From the IMG/VR virus record IMGVR_UViG_3300046328_000506, positions 32,001 to 96,000 of that record: DNA of 64,000 nucleotides. One strand, given 5' to 3'. Below the pieces are notes generated by a model, which saw nothing but the letters and a program-made list of their open reading frames with translations, had not been told where the DNA came from and did no database searches. Of the stretch, positions 40,727-48,957 are shown one piece after another; within the stretch, counting starts at the first letter, position 1, and every line of letters starts with the position of its first letter. The position numbers and the translations under genes were made by a program. This DNA is from a virus.

Positions 40727-41206
40727 TTAACTTAATTCCCTCAATTTATATAGCGTTTGATATATAAAGCCTATAATTTCTTCAATACGATTTTTTAAAT
40801 GTCCTGGAAGTGTTTCTGCATGAGTTTCAGAAATAGTTGCTAAGTGTGTAAAATAATCCAGTACAGTTTGTTTATTGTACGCTAAAAAATCAAATGCTTC
40901 TGTAAGTCTAATTAAACCAAACCTACCCTGATATTCTTCAGCAAATAAATCTAATAGTTCTGGCATCCCTATATAATAATCACTAAACGCACCATGTTGA
41001 GCATAAGAGTTTGTTGCATGATGCCACACATGAGCTTGTGTAATACTCATTCTCAATAAAGATATAATCTCTTCGCAACTCATTTCTCCACCACTTTCTT
41101 CATACATCTCTTCTTGGGCATTCTCTATTTGTGGTTCTTGTGTAGGTAGCATAGCTCCTTCTTGTGCTTTGACTATTTTTGTGTTATTTTTAAATTCTTT
41201 TTTCAT
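40727..41206 (-). CDS. Ferritin/Dps-like four-helix protein (DUF5856-like) with acidic leader
   Basis: QAHVWHH.T.SYAQH.A...YY....LLD.FAEEYQG and LKN.IEEI...YQTLYKL; ATG (MKKEFK) chosen as start. Confidence 0.7.
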   Translation of the reverse strand: MKKEFKNNTKIVKAQEGAMLPTQEPQIENAQEEMYEESGGEMSCEEIISLLRMSITQAHVWHHATNSYAQHGAFSDYYIGMPELLDLFAEEYQGRFGLIRLTEAFDFLAYNKQTVLDYFTHLATISETHAETLPGHLKNRIEEIIGFIYQTLYKLRELS

Positions 41207-41210
41207 TGCA

Positions 41211-41546
41211 TTAGTTTTGATTATTTGATAAATTCTCTGAAAAATATGCTGTATTACCAATTCTATATTGTATTCTTTTCTTTTCTAAATTTGGTAATAA
41301 ATATTTTGTAAATGTATTGTATGAATTTTCTTTTGTAGTATCACCAAAATCAAAACTAAATGTAAAATATGGAGCTAATTGAAAATCAACATAAAGTATG
41401 TACGTATACCAATCTACTTTATCTGTTGGGATTTCATAAAAAAAATATTCAAATTGTGAATAGTAAGTTTCCCCAAAATAATCTTTTAGAAAACAAAGAA
41501 CTGTATCTGGTATTGGTGTAATTAAATTCCTTGTTGTTCTTATCAT
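41211..41546 (-). CDS. Hypothetical protein
   Basis: 111-aa ORF coupled to terminase. Confidence 0.55.
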   Translation of the reverse strand: MIRTTRNLITPIPDTVLCFLKDYFGETYYSQFEYFFYEIPTDKVDWYTYILYVDFQLAPYFTFSFDFGDTTKENSYNTFTKYLLPNLEKKRIQYRIGNTAYFSENLSNNQN

Positions 41547-43747
41547 TTGTATACTATCTTTTGATTGGTGATGTCATAGTAGTCCACCGACTTGTAATTG
41601 TTTTGCAAATTTAATAATTCTTTTTCTCTTTCTAAGTTAGTCCTTACTTTACGCTTAAATCCCGTCATTGGGTCAATCTCCCACTTATATTCTATTGTAA
41701 CTTTTTCTTTTTTGTTTGAATCTCTTGCTAATATATCTCTCCACTCATCATCTAATATTTCTACCATTAACATAGCTGCATGAATATCAAACTTAGATTT
41801 GTTTTCCCTTGTAAATTCTACTAATTGAGATACGTGTTGTTCTATGTGCATATTCTCAACATAGTCATTTATATACTCCTCAATCTTTTTAATACCATAA
41901 TCTAATACTTTTGTAGACATTTGTGTACCTTTCCTACCCCTTAACTGTTTAGCATTTAGATTATCATTTACATTTGTAGGTCTATCCCCTAAATATTTCT
42001 CAAACCCATATCGTTCAAAGTGTTGTATTATACCAATCTTTGTATATTCAAGATTCATCATAGCATGGTAATACAAAGTAAGTTTTAAAGCATTATCCCA
42101 ATTCTCCCTTACATCATTTCTACTCCTTTGATTATACAATGCTACGTATATGTTATTGTGGTCTGTAACACCTTTATTTGGATTAATTCTCTTTTTAACC
42201 AACATAGCTAACTTAGAACCTCCAAGTGTGTTAGAATCACCGTCTGATTGGTCTATACTATCACAACCTGATACATATAACTTATCTATTTTAGGTTGCT
42301 TAAAATATGTAATTCTATTACCTTCTTCTGTCCAATCTGGGTGTAATACTATTTCTACATCACCTTGTGGATGTGCTTCAAATTTTACTCCAACCAAACT
42401 TCTTCTATCAGTTTCATCCTTAACCCAATGTAAATAACCTTTTTCAACTTTCATTCCAATCTTTTTAACTTTTACATCAATTAGTTGTTTTGAAAGTGCT
42501 GGAGATTGGTATTCTCTACCATGCGTTTTTACTAATGCTTCATCTATTGTAAAAGGATTATCTGCAAAAAAAGCTGTAGCATCTCCTACATCTTGTCCTT
42601 TAAGCATTATACTTCTTTCTTTTTCTGTATGTTGTATGCACTCCCTTACTTTAGGATTGCCATCTTTATCAATAAATTTAGCTTGCCCCATATAGCAAGG
42701 TATAAACCAACCTGTTCCTGGTTCATCACTATCTCTTGGCAAAATTAATTTGGTAGGGTCTAATTCGTAGTTTTCTAATTTAAGTATATCTTCTTCTGTC
42801 TGTGGAAATATCCAATTATTTCTAAACTTAACCATATTGTAGGCAGAAGGATGTAATATCATTTTTTTTAACCCTTCTATGTAATTAACTTTTTCGTTAG
42901 CTGTACCACCTATAATTAAGTTACCTATACAAATACCACTTCGTTCTATATTACCTCTTAATATGTTTACTGCTTTTTGAGAGTCTTTAAATGCACCACC
43001 CTCGTCTAATATAGCCCAATTTAATGTACCGCCACGAACATCATCTGGTGAAGTTACAATGTTAGCTGCTATATGACCACCTGTTTGTATATTGTCGTTA
43101 GCTTTTGTTTTCTTACCAGCAATCCTTTCATCTTCTGTATTCTTTACTTGATGAAGATGTTTCATTGCTCCTTGTGTATTAGCATTAACAAAATCTATTT
43201 TCTTTTTAACTAAATCGAATACACCTTTACCAAATAGATAATCTCTATCCCCAGCATAATAAAATATAGTCTTAAAGATTTTATTATTGTTACTATCTCT
43301 TTCTACAAGTGCATAATCCCTTGTACCAAGTGCTGATATAATCTCTGAGAAACCACAACCCCTTACTTTTATTACACCTAAATGCTGACCATTTTTTTGA
43401 CAATAATCTATAATTTGAAATAACTGCCAATGTGGTAGCCAAAACTTAGGAAAAGCTGTAATGTTCTTAGCTCCATTCTCATTAGAATCAGCTATCTTCA
43501 TTGGGGTATAGTTTAACATAAAGTAATAGTAGCCTGTTATAGTTACTTCCCCAATAGTTACTCCTTCAAAACATTTACGTCTTTCTTCTACCCAAAAATC
43601 TACCCAGTCTTTTGATTTAATAGGAAAATCACAATACTTACCATCTTTGAGAAACTTGTTTGCAGCCTCTGAAAAATGATAAGTATTGCGAAATTTATTA
43701 CCATCAATATATGGTAAACCTTTTTTTATAATTTGTTCCCTATTCAA
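41543..43747 (-). CDS. terL: Terminase large subunit
   Basis: ITGYYYFMLNY, Walker A-like KVRGCGFS, Walker B ILDEGG, GGTA coupling motif, nuclease SGCDSID, KFD..AAM. Confidence 0.92.
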   Translation of the reverse strand: MNREQIIKKGLPYIDGNKFRNTYHFSEAANKFLKDGKYCDFPIKSKDWVDFWVEERRKCFEGVTIGEVTITGYYYFMLNYTPMKIADSNENGAKNITAFPKFWLPHWQLFQIIDYCQKNGQHLGVIKVRGCGFSEIISALGTRDYALVERDSNNNKIFKTIFYYAGDRDYLFGKGVFDLVKKKIDFVNANTQGAMKHLHQVKNTEDERIAGKKTKANDNIQTGGHIAANIVTSPDDVRGGTLNWAILDEGGAFKDSQKAVNILRGNIERSGICIGNLIIGGTANEKVNYIEGLKKMILHPSAYNMVKFRNNWIFPQTEEDILKLENYELDPTKLILPRDSDEPGTGWFIPCYMGQAKFIDKDGNPKVRECIQHTEKERSIMLKGQDVGDATAFFADNPFTIDEALVKTHGREYQSPALSKQLIDVKVKKIGMKVEKGYLHWVKDETDRRSLVGVKFEAHPQGDVEIVLHPDWTEEGNRITYFKQPKIDKLYVSGCDSIDQSDGDSNTLGGSKLAMLVKKRINPNKGVTDHNNIYVALYNQRSRNDVRENWDNALKLTLYYHAMMNLEYTKIGIIQHFERYGFEKYLGDRPTNVNDNLNAKQLRGRKGTQMSTKVLDYGIKKIEEYINDYVENMHIEQHVSQLVEFTRENKSKFDIHAAMLMVEILDDEWRDILARDSNKKEKVTIEYKWEIDPMTGFKRKVRTNLEREKELLNLQNNYKSVDYYDITNQKIVYK

Positions 43748-43959
43748 TTTAATTTAAACTTACTCTCTATAACACTAATTATTCTGTAAAATAAAAAAGC
43801 ATTTGTAAATGTTAGTATTGCCCAAACTGTTCCTAATATTGTATTACTATTAACCACAGGATTATACCTAAACCAAAATAATAAATAAGAACATTCAACT
43901 ATTGCAAATAAAAAACCAACCACTAACACAAAAAATACTTTAAACCAATCTATTCTCAT
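43744..43959 (-). CDS. Small two-TM membrane protein
   Basis: Two hydrophobic segments in 71 aa. Confidence 0.6.
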   Translation of the reverse strand: MRIDWFKVFFVLVVGFLFAIVECSYLLFWFRYNPVVNSNTILGTVWAILTFTNAFLFYRIISVIESKFKLN

Positions 43960-43973
43960 TTAAGTATGGGTTT

Positions 43974-44534
43974 TTAATTATTAAAATATCCGTCTTCTTG
44001 GTCTCCCCGAATGTCTCCTTCTGATTTCATTTCTTCTTTAAATATCTTTCTCAAATTTTGTGCTTTAATAATAAGTTCTTCCATTTGTTTTACTGTATCC
44101 CTACCTTCCTTTACAGAATTAACTAATCTTCCAGCATTTGCTCCTCTTTCTATAATTGTTGTAAAGTTTACAGTTTCACAATATTCAGATAAAGAATCTA
44201 ACAATTTCCAAGTAGATTTTATATAGCGAATAATCCTATTTGAATTTACTATTTTTTCATATTCTGCTTTTGCTAATTTTAACAAATTATTTTCTAAATC
44301 TTTATTTGTTAATTCAGCACTCTTTAAAGCAGATTCTTCTTTATCTTTATCTGAGAAGTCAGCATAAGGACTTTGTAAATCTAACAATAAATAAAGATAT
44401 AAATAATACTTAAACGCTTTCTCTTTATTCTTTGTCTTATCATCTTCCCAAATATCTCTAAATTCTTTGACTGAAAGAAATTTTACTGGGTCATCAAAAG
44501 TTATTTTGAAATTTTCGTATGCTAATAGTTTCAT
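43974..44534 (-). CDS. Conserved helical protein upstream of terminase (small-terminase candidate)
   Basis: DKTKNKEKA...YLY...D..SPY motif, C-terminal IRG; position. Confidence 0.55.
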   Translation of the reverse strand: MKLLAYENFKITFDDPVKFLSVKEFRDIWEDDKTKNKEKAFKYYLYLYLLLDLQSPYADFSDKDKEESALKSAELTNKDLENNLLKLAKAEYEKIVNSNRIIRYIKSTWKLLDSLSEYCETVNFTTIIERGANAGRLVNSVKEGRDTVKQMEELIIKAQNLRKIFKEEMKSEGDIRGDQEDGYFNN

Positions 44535-44541
44535 TCTATAC

Positions 44542-44886
44542 TTATAAGTTTTTTATTTTTTCTTTAAAACTTTCTAAGGTTTCATTTATTACAGCCCTTG
44601 TTCCCCCAACTTCTACAATCAATTTATCTATCTCATCTCCTTGACAAACACTCAATGGAGGAACATCAAAAAACAACAAACCATCTTTAAACTCTTGTGC
44701 TTTCTCTAAACAACCTTCTGCTATCTCTATGTCTTCTTGTAGTTGCTTATTCTTTTTGTATGTGTACCCCATGTTTTTAGCTGATTCCATATCAAGTTCT
44801 TCTTCTTGGTACAGCTTATCTAAATTTTTAGCATATTCAGCATACGCTTTTGTATAGCAAAGGATTTTAGTTTCTATATATTTCAT
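44542..44886 (-). CDS. Hypothetical protein
   Basis: 114-aa ORF in operon. Confidence 0.6.
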   Translation of the reverse strand: MKYIETKILCYTKAYAEYAKNLDKLYQEEELDMESAKNMGYTYKKNKQLQEDIEIAEGCLEKAQEFKDGLLFFDVPPLSVCQGDEIDKLIVEVGGTRAVINETLESFKEKIKNL

Positions 44887-44888
44887 TG

Positions 44889-45851
44889 TTATTTTGTTAT
44901 TAAAATTGGAAGTTTATCTATCACAACACCTACTGAATGTATAACTGGTTTAGGATTATCTTTGGCATAAGCAAATGCTTTTGATTTTGTATCTATTAAA
45001 CAGCCTACACTCATTGTAAATAATCTTTGTGTAAACCATTGTATTCTACTTAGTGTGTGTAAGTGTCCATGAACTACTGACCTGCCAGAATACATTACTT
45101 TCTTTTCTACTGTCTGTGCTGATAATCCTGTACCATGTGTGTATAATGTTCCATTGTACTCATATTCATCTGTATAGTTCCATTTGTGAGTTCCAAATAT
45201 TTCGTTATAGCTTTTAGCTACAAATGAAGGAAGTCCAACAGAACGAAGTTTACGCATAATTAAAGAGCTATGATTACCGTAAGTTACTGTTACATCTGGA
45301 AACTCTTTATACCACTCTTGCAATTTCTTTTTGGCTAATTTTAATTCATCGCCAGCACTTGCTAAATCTGGGTCTGATTCGTGGTAAGATATTGCCTGCC
45401 CATCTATTTCATCACCAATTAAAATCACTTTACCACAATTAAATTCAGATTTAATATACTTACAAAACGATAAAGCATCAGCAGTTTCGTAGGGTAAATG
45501 TAAATCTGGTATTACAAGTACGTTTTTAGGATTATTTTTATTTACAATGTTTGGAGCATAAACTGTATCTGTATAAGCAACCGTTGGTTTTATTACTGTA
45601 TCTTCAACAAATTGTTCTGCTAACTTAGTTGTTGTAGTTGTTTCTAATTCATCAAATTCATATTTATAAGCATTTAATTCAAGCCTTACTAAATATTTAC
45701 TTACAAATTTTCTCCAACTATCTGATTGTACTTCTGGGTAATTTTCGTCTAATTTAAACTTTACTATTAACTCTCTTGCAATCTCTGTTTTTGTTAATCC
45801 CTTTTCATTTAATTCTCTAATGTCTCCAAATAAAAACTTGTACTTACTCAT
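44889..45851 (-). CDS. Calcineurin-like metallophosphoesterase with N-terminal HTH-like region
   Basis: Motifs DLH, GDEID, GNH, THG, GHLH. Confidence 0.88.
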   Translation of the reverse strand: MSKYKFLFGDIRELNEKGLTKTEIARELIVKFKLDENYPEVQSDSWRKFVSKYLVRLELNAYKYEFDELETTTTTKLAEQFVEDTVIKPTVAYTDTVYAPNIVNKNNPKNVLVIPDLHLPYETADALSFCKYIKSEFNCGKVILIGDEIDGQAISYHESDPDLASAGDELKLAKKKLQEWYKEFPDVTVTYGNHSSLIMRKLRSVGLPSFVAKSYNEIFGTHKWNYTDEYEYNGTLYTHGTGLSAQTVEKKVMYSGRSVVHGHLHTLSRIQWFTQRLFTMSVGCLIDTKSKAFAYAKDNPKPVIHSVGVVIDKLPILITK

Positions 45852-45877
45852 AATCTTTTTACTTTTAAATTAAACTT

Positions 45878-46405
45878 TTAATCTTTCATTATTAAAGCTA
45901 AGTTATACTTCTTAGCAAATCTTACTATTCCAATCTCTTTTACTTCTCTATCTATTTCCTCTTGCGCAATCTCTAAATTAGTTGTATCAATTTTTAACTT
46001 AACTGAATCAATTTCTTTCCATTTTCTAAGAGGACATTCCATATAAGCACCTCTACGTTTTGCAGCTAATCTACAACCACAACCACTTCGGTATTGTTTT
46101 TCTGTAACTTTATGTGTGGAAATAAAGTTCCCATCTTCTTCATTTGATACAACATTATATTCATTTGAATTTATAGGTTGCTCTAATGTATCTTCTGAAA
46201 TCACTTCACCATTATTATCTGTATGTTGAAATACTTGTGTGGTACATATCTCACCCATTCCAGACTGTGTGTGTAATTTGCATTTTAAGCACACTGTACG
46301 CCTTGTTTCTTCAAGACTACTATTTATATTCAACAACTCCAAAGTGTGTCCTAATGCAATGTCTGGAAGTTTATTGACTATCTTTTTAATATTATCTAAT
46401 TTCAT
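45878..46405 (-). CDS. Zn-finger-like conserved protein
   Basis: RRTVCLKC...C...GCGCRLAAK...CPLRKW. Confidence 0.65.
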   Translation of the reverse strand: MKLDNIKKIVNKLPDIALGHTLELLNINSSLEETRRTVCLKCKLHTQSGMGEICTTQVFQHTDNNGEVISEDTLEQPINSNEYNVVSNEEDGNFISTHKVTEKQYRSGCGCRLAAKRRGAYMECPLRKWKEIDSVKLKIDTTNLEIAQEEIDREVKEIGIVRFAKKYNLALIMKD

Positions 46406-46928
46406 TTGCTTTTATTGCTGATTGTACACTTTTATCAAAATCGTCTTTTAAATATTTTAAATTCGCTAAATCTACAGTCTTTCCAATACTTAATGGCGTT
46501 TTTCGTATTACATTTGCTATTTTTTCAGATAATGAAGATTTTGGAGTCATTCTAAAACACAGTTCTTTATCTGTTATTTTTATTAATTCTATAATTGAAA
46601 CATACTCTGTATCTACAAAAATAGTCAATCCAACTTTAACTTCACCGATTTTATTACTTACTTTACCATAAGCATTTGCTAATAAGTGTGAATTTCTGTA
46701 AGGGTCTCCTTGTGCTATTGGATTTACTGGTATTTTTGTTTTGCCTCCATTTTTATATTTATCTTTATCCATTAGTTGATATACAGAACTAAGCATTTCT
46801 CCAAAAGAATCTGTGGGAATACTTGCTGTATTATCTAACTCTTCAATCTCTTTTTCTAATGCCTGTATTTGTAAATTTAATTCCTCATCAGACAATTCTT
46901 TTTTCTTTTTCTTAAATAATCCAAACAT
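46392..46928 (-). CDS. Hypothetical protein
   Basis: 178-aa ORF. Confidence 0.6.
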   Translation of the reverse strand: MFGLFKKKKKELSDEELNLQIQALEKEIEELDNTASIPTDSFGEMLSSVYQLMDKDKYKNGGKTKIPVNPIAQGDPYRNSHLLANAYGKVSNKIGEVKVGLTIFVDTEYVSIIELIKITDKELCFRMTPKSSLSEKIANVIRKTPLSIGKTVDLANLKYLKDDFDKSVQSAIKANEIR

Positions 46929-47077
46929 AAGATTTACTTGATTTCATTTTTTATTATCTCTTTTACAAATCCAATTATTAATATTGTAATAACAAATACT
47001 GCAATAGTAGTCATTGTAATTTTAAGTGTAAGCATAGTATAAAAATAAAAATGCCCCTAATCTTTTATAATTAGAGG

Positions 47078-47109
47078 CAAAGGTAAAACTAATTTTTTGT
47101 ATTTCCAAA
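47078..47109 (-). promoter_or_regulatory. Bacteroidota sigma-A promoter
   Basis: TTTG-N20-TACCTTTG on the minus strand. Confidence 0.7.
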
Positions 47110-47128
47110 CTATTGTTTTTAAGTTTAC

Positions 47129-47377
47129 TTAAAACCCTATAAGTTCAGATGTTTCTCTGTAAATTAATTCTAAATCTTTGAACGACAGCACAGCTTGTTT
47201 GATTGTATTTTCTTTATTAAAATATAAACACACAGCTTTAATCTTTGGGAATTTAGGGTTATCACTTTCTTTTTTAAATCCTATGATTCTTAAATGTGGT
47301 GTTTCATCTAATCCTTTTATCCTTACTATGTCTCCTGCTGAGAATAAAAACTTACCTTCTTCTTTTTCCTTTTCCAT
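47129..47377 (-). CDS. Small SH3-like protein (YodC/DUF2158-like)
   Basis: FSAGDIVRIKG...P.LRI...C.YF...F...LEL. Confidence 0.55.
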   Translation of the reverse strand: MEKEKEEGKFLFSAGDIVRIKGLDETPHLRIIGFKKESDNPKFPKIKAVCLYFNKENTIKQAVLSFKDLELIYRETSELIGF

Positions 47378-47430
47378 TTGTCTTTTTAATTTTTGTAAAT
47401 TGTAAAATTGATTTATTGTTTACAATAATA

Positions 47431-48219
47431 CTACTTATTTAGCAATGGTGTTAAATCTAATATATCACATGGAATTATCTTATACCCTTCTGGATAAAGT
47501 ATATCTGAAATTTGTACTAATAGTATACCCTCAATTTTAATGTTTGTATTTCTTTCTATCAGTAATTTATACCCAGATTGCTGCATACAATACTCATAGT
47601 ATTTGTTTTTTTGTAAATGTTCAAATGGTGCAAAAAATTTAAAGTTAGAAACTCTTTCTTTACCTGTATGCTTACAAGTATAAGTTTCAACTTTTTTAAG
47701 TGCTTTGTGTCTATTTGTTTTCCAATCTACAAGCCAATAACCACCAGTATTAACATTATAACAAAGCCTATCACCAGCACCACATAACCCAAGTTCTTCA
47801 TCATACATTATAAGTTCTGAAACTATAACTCGTAAACCAAGTTTTATTAATTCCCTCTCAACTTTTATAATTGTAGAAACTGGTACTAATTCTCCATCTA
47901 CTTTTCTGTATTTATCTTTTGATTCATCTTCAAAGACTTTGTGAATTGCTGAACCACGTATTACACTCTTATCTCTTTTCTCATCCCATTGCTTTTCTAA
48001 ATCTTCCTCTGTAACTCCTAATTCTTTTGATTTTTTTTCTAACCAATAAGGTTTATTAAAAGGTTCTTTACAAAGTTCAGCTATTTTACTACAAGATAAT
48101 TTAAAACGATAATCGGGTTTAGATTTTAATGTATATCTATGTAGTTCTTCGTTAAACTCTAAATCTTTAAATACATCAAGTAAGTAATCTCTTACTTTAT
48201 TTCTTTCTTTTTTAGTCAT
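47431..48219 (-). CDS. PD-(D/E)XK (RecB/Cas4-like) exonuclease
   Basis: RGSAIH, SELIM, GAGDRL, LVDWKT, YCMQQSGY. Confidence 0.8.
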   Translation of the reverse strand: MTKKERNKVRDYLLDVFKDLEFNEELHRYTLKSKPDYRFKLSCSKIAELCKEPFNKPYWLEKKSKELGVTEEDLEKQWDEKRDKSVIRGSAIHKVFEDESKDKYRKVDGELVPVSTIIKVERELIKLGLRVIVSELIMYDEELGLCGAGDRLCYNVNTGGYWLVDWKTNRHKALKKVETYTCKHTGKERVSNFKFFAPFEHLQKNKYYEYCMQQSGYKLLIERNTNIKIEGILLVQISDILYPEGYKIIPCDILDLTPLLNK

Positions 48220-48856
48220 TTGGAAAAAATGCTTTTAACGTATGCTTAAAGGGATTACCTTCTATGTTTTTAATTTGCTGTAACATTTCTTTTGCTACTT
48301 CTTGAGTTTCAGCTTGAGCATCTGGTTTTAAACGAAGATTAAATAAATGTAAAAATGAAAGTAACGAGCCTGTCCAAATAAATGTTGTATTAAGATTTAA
48401 AGGGAGTATTGTTCGACTTTGTTCTTTACTAACGCCTAAATCAATTAAACTATTATAAGCTAGTTTGCAAACTTCTAATACCTGCGATTCTACAATAGAA
48501 CATAATTCTTGATTTTCAACTAATCCTTCGCTCCCTTGTTTAGATGATTTAGATTGTTTTCTCCACTCTTTAATTGTAGTATAAGTATCACTAAAATCTA
48601 CATATCTACCACTAATGCTGTTAGCTGACATTCCTACTTGATGTTTAAATAATTGCCTTTCTACATAAATAGGGCAAGTAATTCTAAATTGTAATTGTGG
48701 ATGTCTAAAAACAGATGTATGCTTGTGTTCTACTAAATACTTAATCAATTTTGCATTTTGTTCTTCGGTATAATTTGATGATTCTTTATTATACGAGACA
48801 CGAGCCGCATTAACCACCATAATATCATCCCCAAAGACTTCTAATAATTCTACCAT
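48212..48856 (-). CDS. thyX: Flavin-dependent thymidylate synthase
   Basis: VNAARVSY, H.SVF.H, RQLFKH...S.NS.SGRY, EQSR.ILP, LRL...AQ.E. Confidence 0.9.
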   Translation of the reverse strand: MVELLEVFGDDIMVVNAARVSYNKESSNYTEEQNAKLIKYLVEHKHTSVFRHPQLQFRITCPIYVERQLFKHQVGMSANSISGRYVDFSDTYTTIKEWRKQSKSSKQGSEGLVENQELCSIVESQVLEVCKLAYNSLIDLGVSKEQSRTILPLNLNTTFIWTGSLLSFLHLFNLRLKPDAQAETQEVAKEMLQQIKNIEGNPFKHTLKAFFPND

Positions 48857-48882
48857 AATTCTTTACTGTTTAATTTAAAATA

Positions 48883-48914
48883 CAAATATAGTCTCTACAC
48901 ACAACAAATGCAAA
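48883..48914 (-). promoter_or_regulatory. Bacteroidota sigma-A promoter
   Basis: TTTG-N20-TATATTTG upstream of thyX. Confidence 0.75.
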
Positions 48915-48957
48915 GACTAGATAGTTTATTTTTGTTTTGTAATGTGTAACATTAATT

